Source: Eledone cirrhosa (lineage: Eukaryota). From it: a DNA stretch of 64,000 nt. Below the pieces are notes generated by a model that saw only the letters and a program-made list of their open reading frames with translations, made no database searches and was not told where the DNA came from. The translations under genes were made by a program, and so were the position numbers. Shown piece by piece: positions 1 through 12,958 of the stretch (position 1 is the stretch's first letter; the number at the start of each line of letters is the position of its first letter). The stretch lies in the NCBI GenBank assembly GCA_964016885.1, contig OZ024756.1, forward strand, positions 27,094,001 through 27,158,000. Reading direction: 5' to 3'.

Positions 1-7
1 ATTATAT

Positions 8-488
8 ATGTAGCAGCTGTGCTGGGACAGCAAGCAGCAAACAGCCACAGGAACAAGTACAACCAAACTCTGGGAGGCCTCTGTAGAGACAGTAGACAGC
101 TTCTGCTACCTAGGTGACCGAATTAGCAGCGGAGGTGGGTGTTTGGAAAGTACAATAACTAGGGTAAGAACGGAATGGAAGAAGTTCAGAGCTACTGCCA
201 CTGCTAGCTGCAAAAGGCTTTTCCCTCAAAATGAAAGGCAGACTGTATCATGTGTGTATACGAACAGCGATGTTACATGGTAGTGAGACCTGGGCGCCAC
301 GGAAAAAAAGCACCCAGCACTCACTGTAAATGAGGTTGGTGTTAGGAAGGGCATCCAGCTGTAGAAATCAAGCCAGCATCAGTTCCTGTATGAGCAAGGC
401 ATGGTCAGCCGACCGGACACTGCCCACTAACCCATCTAACCCATGCTAGCGTGGAAGAACGGACGTAAAACGGTGATGATGATGATGA

Positions 489-491
<3 letters not shown>
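8..491 (+). mobile_element. Degenerate internally deleted RTE copy (sister subfamily)
   Basis: Similar to 36050-36260 (VDSFCYLGDRISSGGGC) joined to UTR ending (GAT)n. Confidence 0.85.
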
Positions 492-572
<81 letters not shown>

Positions 573-990
573 GAGAGAAAGAGGAGAAAGTGGGAGAGAA
601 ACTTGTATGAGAGTGTATGTGTGTGTGTAGACAGTTTGACAATTTACGGCACCTGATCAACCTAACAACAACAACATTTACAAGGACACAATCCATCGAG
701 AGAAGAGCCTTTATATGATCAATTTACCAGTTAGAAAAAACAAATGACCATATCTTTCTCAAAACACAACGCACCATTACACAATGACCATATCTTTCTT
801 GGATCACAACGAACCATTAAATAAAACCCAATAAGGAGACATTCAATAACATAGTCCTGTGATATATAATATATGTAATGGTCAAGGTGGAATGACTTTG
901 ATCAGACACCTTCTATTTCAGTGTGCAGCCCCATCGCAGCAACAACAACAATATTATTATAAAGAGAAAGTAAATTATAAAACGTCTTAC

Positions 991-1074
991 TTTAGCGACT
1001 TGCGATGCAACTGGACCATTCTCTTCAATTAAGGAAATTATCAGTTGTGCAATACACATTCGTAGTTCCAATGC
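991..1074 (-). CDS. ITPR: ITPR-like exon (ALELRMCIAQLIISLIEENG...)
   Basis: tctag/gtaag, 84 nt, phase 0-0; resembles ITPR1 VLELKNNASKLLLAIME. Confidence 0.92.
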
Positions 1075-1364
1075 CTAGAGTAAGATGTGAGAGTAAAGAA
1101 AAAAGATGAAGAAAAAAATAAAAGTGAAAATAGAGAAGGGAAATGAAAGGAAAATGAAAAAGAAACGAAAAGAAAAAAGAAGGAAAAAGAAGTTGTGGGG
1201 GTTATATTAAATTCTGAAGTGCATAATGAATATAATGAAAATATTGGCAGAGTCGTTAGAAAGTTTGATTGAATGCTTTACAATAAAATGAGTTTAAATC
1301 CCACTGAGGTCAACTTTGCCTTTCATCCATTCAAGTTCAATAAAATAATTCTTTGAGTTCTTTG

Positions 1365-1694
1365 AACCCCTTTGGTCACAAATGACCATGGGATTTGCAC
1401 CTAGAAAGTTTCCCCTCCGAGGCACAAGTCCGGGCAAGGTTGTTTGTGGTAGGCCAGCAGTCACCCATGTATATCTGTTTCCCTTCTCTACACCATTAAT
1501 GTTGTCCAAGGGAAAGGCTATGGCCGATGCAGCTTGGCACCAGTGACGTCGCAACTCATTTCTACAGCTGAGTAAACTGGAGCAACGTGAAATAAAGTGT
1601 CTTGCTCAGGGACACAACGCATCATCCGGTCCGAGAATCCAACTCACAACCTTCCGATTGCAAGCCCAATGCTCTAACCACTAAGCCATGTGCC
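1365..1694 (-). mobile_element. CORE-type tRNA-derived SINE (related copies near 5150, 19790 (+), 28500, 31490)
   Basis: tRNA head GGCTTAGTGGTTAGAGC then TGAGCAAGACACTT..CTCAGCTGTAGAAATG CORE-like block. Confidence 0.75.
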
Positions 1695-1826
1695 TTCAAA
1701 AATAATTACCAGTCTAGTGTTGAGGTCGACTTTTCTTTTATATCTCTTTCTCACTCTGTATCCTTCTCTGGAAGAAATTTGCTGTATTCAGACTCAGAGA
1801 AGAGATGGGAACCACCAGATTTTAAA

Positions 1827-2108
1827 ATGGCCCAGAAAGCTGTATCTCAATGCGGCACCCCTTCGGCATTGCAAGAGTTATGATGCTTATCTGTCTTTGA
1901 AAAGAGATATCAAACCACAAATGGCCCAGAAAGCTGTATCTCAATGCGGCACCCCTTCGGCATTGCAAGAGTTATGATGCTTATCTGTCTTTGAAAAGAG
2001 ATATCAAACCACAAATGGCCCAGAAAGCTGTATCTCAATGCGGCACCCCTTCGGCATTGCAAGAGTTATGATGCTTATCTGTCTTTGAAAAGAGATATCA
2101 AACCACAA
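1827..2108. repeat. 94-bp tandem repeat x3, apparently identical copies
   Basis: Unit starts at 1827, 1921, 2015. Confidence 0.95.
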
Positions 2109-2287
2109 AGAGTGTATTGGGAGAAAAGAAAAAAAGATTTGAAGTTTTATATGTTTCTGTTGCCAATATATAGACTCTTACCAGTTTCCTCTTTAACTTG
2201 TCATTAAGACAATTTGGTAAACTCTGGCTACATGATATAAACTCACACAGGTGCAATTTGATTAGAATAAAGAATTAAGGCTCTTAC

Positions 2288-2389
2288 CTTTTCTGGGGTA
2301 CATTTGGCAAACTCTCCAGAGCGCAGTATGAAATTTATATAATCTATGACTTTTTTATCATATATCACAACACGATTTTCTTGGTTACC
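2288..2389 (-). CDS. ITPR: ITPR-like exon (GNQENRVVIYDKKVIDYINFILR...)
   Basis: tttag/gtaag, 102 nt, phase 0-0. Confidence 0.93.
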
Positions 2390-2467
2390 CTAAAGTATCA
2401 ATGAAAAAGCACTTTGGCATTAATGTGCTGTCTATCTGCACTGTCTATACGCAACTATATGAATATA

Positions 2468-2661
2468 TGGGAGCTGAAAATTTCATAGGCTGACTATGAA
2501 GGAGCGATGCTAGAGCTGTGAAAATTTTCATGAATTAATTTCAACTCTTCTTATTAATAATTACATTGTTTCCTTCCAAGGACAATGTTGAAAAATAAAA
2601 CTCATTTGGTCATTGCATGAAAGTATCTTGATCAGCCAATAAATTTTTCAGCCGACCCTCA
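2468..2661. mobile_element. Mariner-type MITE (copies at ~49279, ~49681, ~63405-63590)
   Basis: GAGGGTCGGCTGAAAA-type TIRs. Confidence 0.7.
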
Positions 2662-2750
<89 letters not shown>

Positions 2751-2838
2751 GTGCATAAAGTAAATAGAAATAACAAAGCAAACGACAGAGTCGTTTGAAG
2801 AAATATATTAGTTTAATGCTTGATATAGTAAGAAAAGA

Positions 2839-2876
2839 ATCTTGATGTTTCGGACACAAGTCCTTCGTCAGAAGAT
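2839..2876 (-). ncRNA. Minimal hammerhead remnant (family copy at 60765-60800)
   Basis: ATCTT CTGACGA A GGAC TTGT GTCC GAAACATC AAGAT; sister copy has GAAACGTT, implying ancestral GAAACGTC. Confidence 0.6.
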
Positions 2877-2981
2877 AGGATGAGAAATAAAAGATGAAAT
2901 AGAAAGATAAAGAGTGAGAGGAAGAAACGGGAAAATAACGTTTTGAGAAAAAACACGTTTGTATTCAGTCAGCCACACACA

Positions 2982-3019
<38 letters not shown>

Positions 3020-3156
3020 AATATAGATGAGATTCTACAGGACTAGAACTGTTTCATTCATTAGAAATCATCAGGAATCATGAGAAAACTTTTATACTCT
3101 GCTATGTATTGAGTACCTTACTTACTGTGGTTACCTCCGATTCAACCCGGAATAAC

Positions 3157-3253
<97 letters not shown>

Positions 3254-3401
3254 CATACACATATATATACACATATATATATACACACATATATATATAC
3301 AAACATATATACAAATACACATTTATAAACACACACACATACATATATATATAAGCAAAGGGATATTTAATTTGTTGGCATATATATATATATATATATA
3401 C

Positions 3402-3493
<92 letters not shown>

Positions 3494-3765
3494 GGAATAG
3501 AATGAAACGAAATTTCATTTCTCACTCTTAGTATGGCACTTACTTAAATGTATGTATGTATGTATACGTACATACATATATGTATACAGACGTACAGTAG
3601 TATGTATATATATACATACATACACATATATATATATGCACGTATCGGTTTACCGAACATTTATTATAATGCTCGGTTTGTCTGTAAACAAACAAACAGC
3701 CCGAATTACGCCGTACAGTGTTTAGGCAACCACGTCACCTTTTTGTTCAACACTGACAAGGGAAT

Positions 3766-3804
3766 GATGTACTAGTTTCAAGCTTATTAGCTATCGTCAG
3801 CATC
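3766..3804 (-). ncRNA. Minimal type-I hammerhead ribozyme, canonical core
   Basis: GATG CTGACGA T AGCT AATA AGCT T GAA ACTAGT A CATC: stem I GATG/CATC, stem II AGCT/AGCT, palindromic stem III, GUA site. Confidence 0.8.
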
Positions 3805-4183
3805 GTATACCTTCCTGCCAGATGGTTGAACGTCTGAAAGTATATACTTTCTTTATGCATATTAACGGCTGAGCAGCATAATTTGCATATCGAGTGAGTT
3901 TAGTCGGCCGGGCGCACCGAAAACGATGAATGGAATAGAATGAAACGAAATTTCATTTCTCACTCTTAGTACGGCACTTACTTAAATGTAAGTATGTATG
4001 TATACGTACATCCACATATGTATACAGACGTACAGTAGTATGTATATATATACATACATGCACACACATATATATATGCACATATCGGTTTACCGAACAT
4101 TTATTATAATGCTCGGTTTGTTTGTAAACAAACAGCTCGAATTACGCTGTACAGCGTTTAGGCAACCACGTCACCTTTTTGAC

Positions 4184-4225
<42 letters not shown>

Positions 4226-4491
4226 GTCTTGAAAATAAGACATTGTATAATGTAGTCTATGAAACGTAATAAATGAGAGAAGGGTAAAACAGCCAGGATT
4301 GAAACACCTGGGCTGAGGAGGAGGGGGGGGGGGGTTTAAACAAAACAACAACAGGAACAGCAACGAGTAAGAAATAAGGAACAAACACACACAACAACAA
4401 AAATCCATCCTATAAAAAATAAATATTTCTTTAGTGAAATTTAAATGGAAATTTTTTATCTGTGTTTTGATGTTGCTTTACTGCTACTTAC

Positions 4492-4641
4492 CGAACAGAA
4501 TTCGTTGAGGGTGCTGAATAATTGTATAACAAGGTCAATTGTTTTTTCACTTATGTTGGTGTAAACCACATTGAGGAACTGGGCAGTTTCCCCGACGATG
4601 TTGAATGATTTTAGGTTATCCGGCTGTTCTCTCAGATAGTT
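4492..4641 (-). CDS. ITPR: ITPR-like exon, RIH-associated (NYLREQPDNLKSFNIVGET...TLNEFCS)
   Basis: catag/gtaag, 150 nt, phase 0-0; hallmark QNYLRxQ motif. Confidence 0.95.
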
Positions 4642-5287
4642 CTATGAAATATTTAAACAGAAACAAAAAAAAAGTCTATAAAATTATTCTGGTGGATTTG
4701 GCAGTAGAATCGGTGGAACGTCGAACATGCTTTATGGCATAGAGTTATGGCCCTTTATGATCTGAGTTTAAATCCTGCCAAGGTTAGTCGGCTTTGCTTT
4801 TCATCCTTACGGGCTTGATAAAATAAAGTACCAGTAATGCACTGGGGTTCATTTAATCGACTTTCCCCTACCCCAAAATTGTTGGTTTTTGTGCCTAAAT
4901 GAGAAACCAATATGTGTTTTCTCGGACACCGATAATATGGTAAGAATAGAGGTTCTTAATTCGAAGAACCAAATGGAGGTAGCTGTGTATTTTATGTTAA
5001 AATCGCTCTGATCGATTGATAAGATCCCAGACCTCATTCGCTTGCTGAGTAGGGTGGACCTCGTCAAATTGGACCAAGGAAACAATCTTTCGATTGGTCT
5101 TTCCATTACTGAAACTATCTACCAGTTGTAACTCCTGACAGAAGGAGCAACGGGAAATAAAGTGTCTTGCTCAAGGACATAACACATCACCCAGTTCGAG
5201 AATTGAACTCGCAACTTCACGGTTGTGAATCCAACTCTCTAACCACTAAGATTAAATGTCTTTTAACTATTAGGGAAAGCAGCTTAC

Positions 5288-5425
5288 CTGGATTCCTGTG
5301 TTTTGACCGTCACAGATTCGAGCCAACAGCTTGAGAACCAATTCAATGTAACCATCGTCTTTATATTCAAATATATCTGGAACATCCTCAGATGACTGCT
5401 GCTGTTCGTAATCGGTCACTGGTTC
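5288..5425 (-). CDS. ITPR: ITPR-like exon, start of RIH-associated domain (…LVLKLLARICDGQNTGIQ)
   Basis: ctcag/gtaag, 138 nt, phase 0-0. Confidence 0.93.
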
Positions 5426-5464
5426 CTGAGAGAACACAATACAGGAAACAATAATATATATATA

Positions 5465-5546
5465 CAGGGTGTCCCCCAAAAATGTATTCACACTTTGATT
5501 AGAATACTGTTGAAGTCTGTATACATTTTTTGGGGGGAAAACCCTG
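5465..5546. mobile_element. Tc1/mariner-type MITE (copies at ~48709-48860, ~61705-61805)
   Basis: CAGGGTG..CAAAA TIRs, TA flanks. Confidence 0.75.
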
Positions 5547-5577
<31 letters not shown>

Positions 5578-5599
5578 ATATAACAGGTCCTCAGTAAAA

Positions 5600-5720
5600 T
5601 TATTCCGATGAAATGACAGTTGATAATAACATTGAAATATTGAATGTCTGCATAACTAATACTTTGTAGATAGCAGCTGTTTTCAGGTTATGTAACTGTT
5701 ATAGAAACACGTGTCAATAA
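5600..5720 (+). ncRNA. Second copy of long-loop-II hammerhead, core CCGATGA
   Basis: Same family as 47810-47929; stems retained. Confidence 0.65.
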
Positions 5721-5754
5721 ATTCCTTTTAACTAAACTGTATCCATTCAAATCT

Positions 5755-5802
<48 letters not shown>

Positions 5803-6959
5803 TTATTTTATTAAGGCTAAATAGTAAATCTTGTTACTCTGGAGTTTTGCCTCTTTAGTATATTTGAATTCTGATCACAAAGGAAACTACAGACCTGTCA
5901 ACTCTTCCTGTCTAACAAGACATCTCTCATCCACTTTGAGGTGGGTGACAGATGTCTTATTTTACTCTTGTAAAAATGCGTATAGATTTTATTATGTAAA
6001 AATCTCTCCATTTTGCCTAATTTCTCCCTAATTTGGGGCACTTTTTTTCATGGTACTCCCCACTTGGGATTTTAGAGGTTGCTAGGTCTGTAACTAAGGT
6101 GTAGAATGCTTTATGGTATTCGTTCCGGCTTTCTACTCACTGAGTTCAAATCTCACCAAGGTCAACTTTGCCTTTCATCCTTTCGAGGTCGAGAAAAAAA
6201 GGTAGCAGTCTAGTACTGGGGTTGATTCTTCCTCTATATCTCTTTCTCGTTTCCCCTCTCTCACTTTCTATCTTTCTCTGGAAGAAGTCTGTTGTACTCA
6301 GACCTGGAGAGGGATAGGCTCCACCAGGCTTAAAATGCCCGAGAAATGCTGTATGACAATACAGCACCGTTACAACTCTGACAGGAATAACAGCATCAAG
6401 AAGAACAAATGAGGTCTGTAACTAACACAAATAACTTTTGATTCTAGCAATGAAAAGCTATTCATTACAAAAGATGTTAATAAAATCATCGCTAAAGTTG
6501 GTATGTGAGTGCCTTCAGATTTTTACGTTTAAATTTCGAATCAACTTTCTCGTAACATAAGATAGTGTCATAGTTTCGCTACTTTAAATAATGGTATAAA
6601 GTTACATAACAAACATTATTATTACATAACATAATATAATTTTCCACAAGAAATATGAAGAAACCACCGTGTTTGACTTAGCTTGTTCAGTGCAGCAACT
6701 AATGTATTTCTGAGAGGTTGATGAGTCTGCATCTGTATATGTACGTGTGTGTGTATGTGAGCATGTATATATATATATATATATACACGCACACACACAC
6801 ACACATATACATACATATATATACATACATATCTACATACATACACACAGTCGTCATCCTCTCAGAAAAACATTAGTTGGTGCACTGAACTCATGACAGC
6901 TTACTTATCTTAACTCACACACAAACACAAACACACACACGCGCATACATTCACACTCA

Positions 6960-7740
6960 AAGTCTGTTGAAAAAATATCTGAGCTAGACTTATTGTACCG
7001 CCACACAGCCGAGCGATTCTTCCACAGTTCAAAACATGCCTAGAATGCTTCTTCCAGAACGACTCTCAGATCTACCGTCGCAGTCCACACGATATCCTCC
7101 TAGCTCTCAAAGCAGGAACCTTTCAGTGACATCTTCATTCGTGGCAACAATTAGAGGTTGGAAGGAGCCACGTCTAGAGAGCGTTGTGAAGGAGCAAAAA
7201 ATTATATTAGAATGATCCCTGGCTTACCATCACTGCAAGACGTGCAAAATATTGTTTTAACTAGTATGACACACAAAAATTGTTTTAACTAGTATGACAC
7301 ACATATTGAGAAGAACACTAGCCTTGGCTAATAAGCTTTGGTTTATCTGCGATGAGTGAGCTGGGGTGATGTCATGATGCAGCTGTCAGTTTTGCAAGGC
7401 CCACAGATCCATTATTTTGCACTGAACTGCATCACAAAGACGTCGGAGGATTCCTGGTATGACTCCTTTGTATTTGTTCGTCCTTCTGTTGTGTGTTCAT
7501 GATGCACAATACCTCGGTAGTCTAAGAAAATAGTCAGCATAATTTTGATTTTGTTTCGCTCTTGACATGCTCTTTGGGGCATGAAGTACCTCCACTTGTA
7601 TTGATTGAGCTTTAGTTTCTAAATCGTACTCATACACCCACTAGTTATCAGGGTATTCAAAAACTCAAGGTCCTTGGCAATATTGGGCGAAAGGAAAATG
7701 CGACTATAAAATAATGCAACACTTCACACGCTGGCAGCCT
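6960..7740 (-). pseudogene. Decayed mariner-type transposase, interrupted by a Dong-like fragment
   Basis: Minus translation LHHDITPAH, SLDVAPSN..LLPRMKMSLKG with stops. Confidence 0.65.
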
Positions 7741-8014
7741 GACAACGACCAACGCATCATTTAGATAAACTACCTTATGGTGTTTAGTTATATTCTGAAA
7801 TAAAATTCCACTGAAGAGAACTTTGCTTTTGTCCCATCCTGAAGTCGATTAAATAAATTATCAGTAACACACCATTAATAATCCTATTTGTAACAGAATT
7901 ATATTCAATAATATAAGAGTGCTCGATTATTTCCATCTGACATAGTTATGGAATATAATCAAATAAAGTTATGTAAAAAGAATTACATAGACGATTATCA
8001 TTCTTACAGCGATA

Positions 8015-8462
8015 GTGCTCTTCTCAATATGTGTCATACTAGTTAAAACAATTTTTTGCACGTCTTGCAGTGATGGTAAACCAGGGATCATTCTAATATA
8101 ATTTTCTGTTCCCTTTTTTTTAAATCATTTCTAGAGCTCCTACAATCATTGGTATTGTAACCACCTTCAGATCCCACATTTTTTCAATTTCAATAAGCAG
8201 ATCTTTATATTTTCTGAGCTTGTCAAATTCTTTTTGCTGCGATATTGTGATCACATTGGATGCTCATATTAAGCAATAAACAGACATTGTTATTTTGGTC
8301 TTCTACAATAATATCCATCCTGTTAGCTTTTATGGTTCTGTCTGTATGTACAAGAAAGTTCAAAAGAATTGTCACATTTTCTCACTCAGTTACAGCCTCA
8401 GAGTGATGTTTATACCACTTGTCTAACCAGTGTAGATATTGGCCAACTCTGTCATGCCTTGA
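8015..8462 (-). mobile_element. R4/Dong-like LINE remnant
   Basis: Minus translation RHDRVGQYLHW...TDRTIKANRMDII...KYKDLLIEIEKMW; its end is repeated inverted at ~7200-7320. Confidence 0.75.
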
Positions 8463-9103
8463 TTAATAATAATAATTATTACTATTATTTATCATTAATA
8501 TATTAAAAAGTGCAGTGGCTTGGCAGAATCGGTGGATGGATAAAATAAAGTACAAGTCACGTCTGGGGTCAATTTCATTGACTTTTTTCTCCCCCAAAAT
8601 TGCTGGCCTTGTGCCTATATCATAAACCATTATTGCTATATTAAACAGAAATAATAATAATAATTATTATTGGATTGTTAGCTCTCGTTACTGGATATTA
8701 TTTTTGTGATTTATTCTGAAAATTAGACAATGTCTGTGTAAAATTTCGTTCAATATGATTTAAAGGTGAGCAGTTTTGTTTTAATATTGATTTTTTTAAA
8801 ACTCAAATTTGGAGAAAAAAAAAAGACATTTAATATATTTTTTTAATTGACATTCAACAACAAATGACGAGAAATTCCCACAAAAAAAAAAGCACGGAAT
8901 TATCTTAGCCGTCAAGACCCGACTCTTTGTAATATATATATAATGTACATGTACATTTGAAAATTGAATTAACAGTTTTCACCATGTTTTTTTTTTTTTA
9001 CTACAGAAAATAGAATTAAAATTGTTAATTTAATTCAATTACCAAATTCAAATTGTCACCGTTTTCTAAACCACACATGATTTGTGTTATATATATACAT
9101 GTA

Positions 9104-9144
<41 letters not shown>

Positions 9145-9197
9145 TTATTTACCTGTTCCAGCCATCCGGCTGAGGTCATGCTGGAGAACTGCTCTTG

Positions 9198-9252
<55 letters not shown>

Positions 9253-9260
9253 TATATATA

Positions 9261-9302
<42 letters not shown>

Positions 9303-9366
9303 TAACAGATTAAAGTTTAAGCAAAGAATCGCTGCTTTCACCCTTAACGGGATCTTATATATATAA

Positions 9367-9397
<31 letters not shown>

Positions 9398-9403
9398 TAT
9401 AAA

Positions 9404-9505
<102 letters not shown>

Positions 9506-9793
9506 CAGATATGTGTAACATGCAAGATGTAGGTCTGATGGAGATATCACATAGATACCAATTGGATAAATAGATACCCATAGATTACAAGTAGAAGTAA
9601 AGAAGCAATTTTATTTTAGTAATCTTAAGGATAACCATAACCATTACCACAACCAGAACTACAACTATGGAGAATAAAGAAAGAATACCCACACACACAC
9701 ATATATATATGATATATAATATAAATATTATATACAATATATATATACAATATAAATATGATATATAATATAAATGTTATATATATATATATA

Positions 9794-9852
<59 letters not shown>

Positions 9853-9898
9853 GCATATATATATACACACATACACACACACAAACACAACACATACC

Positions 9899-9932
<34 letters not shown>

Positions 9933-10199
9933 CACGAACATTTGAAAAATCAATAAAAAAAAAATGAGACAAAAAGCAGTTTTAGCATGCAAAAACCAGC
10001 ATAACCAATGAGGATTCTTTAACCCCCCAAAAAACCTTCACAGAAAGAAGCCACTATAAGTGTTTATCCCTGGCATCAGGGTGTCTACAGGCCCTCAGAG
10101 ACAAAAATAAAAAAATAATAATATAGAATAGAATAAAAAGAAGGAAGGTTGTGAGCATGCGAGAACGTGCGGCAAGCAATAACGATCTCCCATGCTTAC

Positions 10200-10391
10200 C
10201 TCTATGTAAACATCAGAGAGTTCAATATCACATTTGCTTATCAGAGCCTCGTTATCACGACTCCAGGTGCCATTGCTAAGCAAGGCATTTTTCTTGTGGA
10301 ATTTTCTGTCATCGACGGCTTTCTTTCTCCAACTTAAACTTCGTTTCAGCCTGGGTTCCTGAGAGGGCTGTTTTGCTTTATTAAGGGCATT
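10200..10391 (-). CDS. ITPR: ITPR-like exon, variable linker (NALNKAKQPSQEPRLKRSLSW...DVYIE)
   Basis: cctag/gtaag, 192 nt, phase 0-0, open. Confidence 0.8.
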
Positions 10392-12016
10392 CTAGGATTG
10401 TATGAGATAGGGAGTGATAAGTAAAATGAAGGATTTAAATATAATTTGCTATATATAAATTTCTGCAATTCTGTCACAACATATAAAGAGAGAGGAGTAG
10501 TTTGATTACCTCATACCACTCCTCACCCTTTATGTCTGCTGCCTGCATTAATGTTTGTGTGTGTAAAAGGAAGGAGGGGGATGGTGAAAAAACTACGCTG
10601 TGTGAGTGTATGTGCATGTGTGTGTTTGTGTGAATATATGTGTGTGTGTGTGTGATTGTATGTTTGTGTTTCTGTGAATGTATGTGTGTGTGTGTGTGTG
10701 AATGTATGTGTGTGTTTGTGTGAATATGTGTGTGTGTGATTGTATGTTTGTGTTTCTGTGAATGTATGTCTGTGTGTGTTTGTGTGAATATATGTCTGTG
10801 AGTGTGTACTGTTGTAAGTGTATCTGTATTTGCATGTTTATATCTATATACTCATAGATATAAATGTATCTATATGCACATATACACATACGCATCAGCA
10901 TATGGAAAAAATTTCTAGTAAACTAAAAGTATATATCAGATAACAAACAACATTTCTGTTTCAAAGAAAGGAGATCTTTAAAGAATTTTATCATTTTTTT
11001 AGTTTAGTTAATTTTACTACCTGGATTCTTGAGGGTTTTTTTTTATTTTAGTTTATTCAGAACATTCTAGAATGTAAGTGTTTGGAAAAGAGAAGGAAGA
11101 ATTAAGTAAATGATTTTTAAAAAAATATCTAACAAAAATTTAAAATATATTATGAATGATAAACAAAATGTACACACACGCACACACATCTATACAGAGA
11201 GGTATTTCTTAAATAAGATCCATAGTGAATGAAAATGAAACTTTGGCTGGGGATAGACAGTGCCAGCTGTAACAAAAAACAAAAAAAAACAAAACAAAAC
11301 ATAATGGTTTCTTATATAGAAATTTTGGGGGAGGAGAAAGTCGATTAAATCGACCCCAGTACGTGACTGGTACTTTATTTTATCGACCCTGTAAGGATGA
11401 AAGGCAAAGTTAACCTTGGCGGGATTTGAACTCAGATCATAAAGGGCCGTAACTCTATGCTGCAAAGCATGGCGTCCGACACTCTACCAATACTGCCAAT
11501 CTATCACCCTAACAAAACAAAACATAATACAAAACGATTTGTATTAACTGACGATACAATATAAGATATTGTGTGCGAACAGATGACAGACAAATGGAAC
11601 TGACTGTGTGTTGACTTCTGACACATAATGTAGCGTTCTGCATGAAAAACCGAAACGAATAATGAGTGTTCAGACAACACAATATATGGCTATTTATGTA
11701 AAGTGATGGGGTGAAAAAAATGGAACATTTATTTTGTAGACGCACGATAGGAAATTAAACAATGGATATAAAAATGGTGACAGAAAGTAAAACTGTATAT
11801 GTGTAGGTGTGCAAAATGGAGCAATCGATTAGGAAAGTGACAGACGACACAAAATGGGCTATGTAATGTAGTGTGACAATAATAAACATTTTTTTTATTG
11901 CCTATGTAAACATATGACCAGATATGGAAAAATGAAGCAAACATTAGATAATGATATAGTTAGTATAAAATGATAATATATAATAAAGAAAAAAACAAAC
12001 AAATATATATATATAC

Positions 12017-12067
12017 CCATCCATGAAGTCTTTCGTTTTGAAGTTTTGTTTCATATGTTTGGATTTG
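12017..12067 (-). CDS. ITPR: ITPR-like exon (QIQTYETKLQNERLHGW)
   Basis: ttttctag/gtata, 51 nt, phase 0-0. Confidence 0.72.
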
Positions 12068-12164
12068 CTAGAAAATAAAGAAAATAATAACATACCTTCA
12101 GTTTATTGATAAAGTAAATGTTTCTATAATTTCTTCTTGACTTAACATAAAGTATATATATATA

Positions 12165-12684
12165 GAAAAACCTGGGACGAGCTGATAAACTCCGACCTCA
12201 CACACTTACACCTCTCCAAGACAATGTCACTGGACAGAGACCTTTGGCGGTACTCAGTAACAGAGAAGACCCGCCTTACCTAAATACATAGTAAAACCTA
12301 CTACACCCAGTAGGCATCTCTAACAAAATAAACCCCCCCCCCCCCATCCCACCCCCACCCCATCCACACCACCCCGTTCTATGTAAAGTTATGTTGGTGC
12401 CACACCATCCAGGCCGAAACAAATGAGATCGTATAGGTGTCACGACAAAAAAACACACAGTCCACGCTGTAATGTGGCCGTGTAGGCAACACGGCAAAAA
12501 CCTCCCAGACCCACACTGTAAATGTGGTTGGTGTTAGGAAGGGCATCCAACTGTAGAAAACCTGCCAGACAGTCCTATGCGAGCAAGACAATCACTCTTG
12601 CCTCAAGTGGGACTACCCCCGTGCAAACCCATGCTAGCGTGGAACATGGACGTTAAACGTTGATGATGATGATGATGATGATGA
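12165..12684 (+). mobile_element. 3' fragment of same RTE family
   Basis: Matches 36517-37033 with a few substitutions, (GAT)n tail, (TA)n flanks. Confidence 0.95.
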
Positions 12685-12910
12685 TATATATATATAGTAA
12701 TAATAAATGTGAAGACTAAAATCCAAAGAGGGCTCGATAAGGATAAATATATATAAAATATATAAGAACCCTAGAGCAAATATTTATTAAAATAACAAAT
12801 TAAAGTTTAAGCAAAGAATCGCTGCTTTCACTCTTAACGGGATCTTCTAGTTTCAGAAGATGCTGTTAAGAGTGAAAGCAGCGATTCTTTGCTTAAACTT
12901 TAATCTGTTA

Positions 12911-12958
<48 letters not shown>

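Noticed and set aside
12096-12123. 28-nt exon candidate with good donor
   Set aside because: Wrong phase and would leave a 28-nt intron
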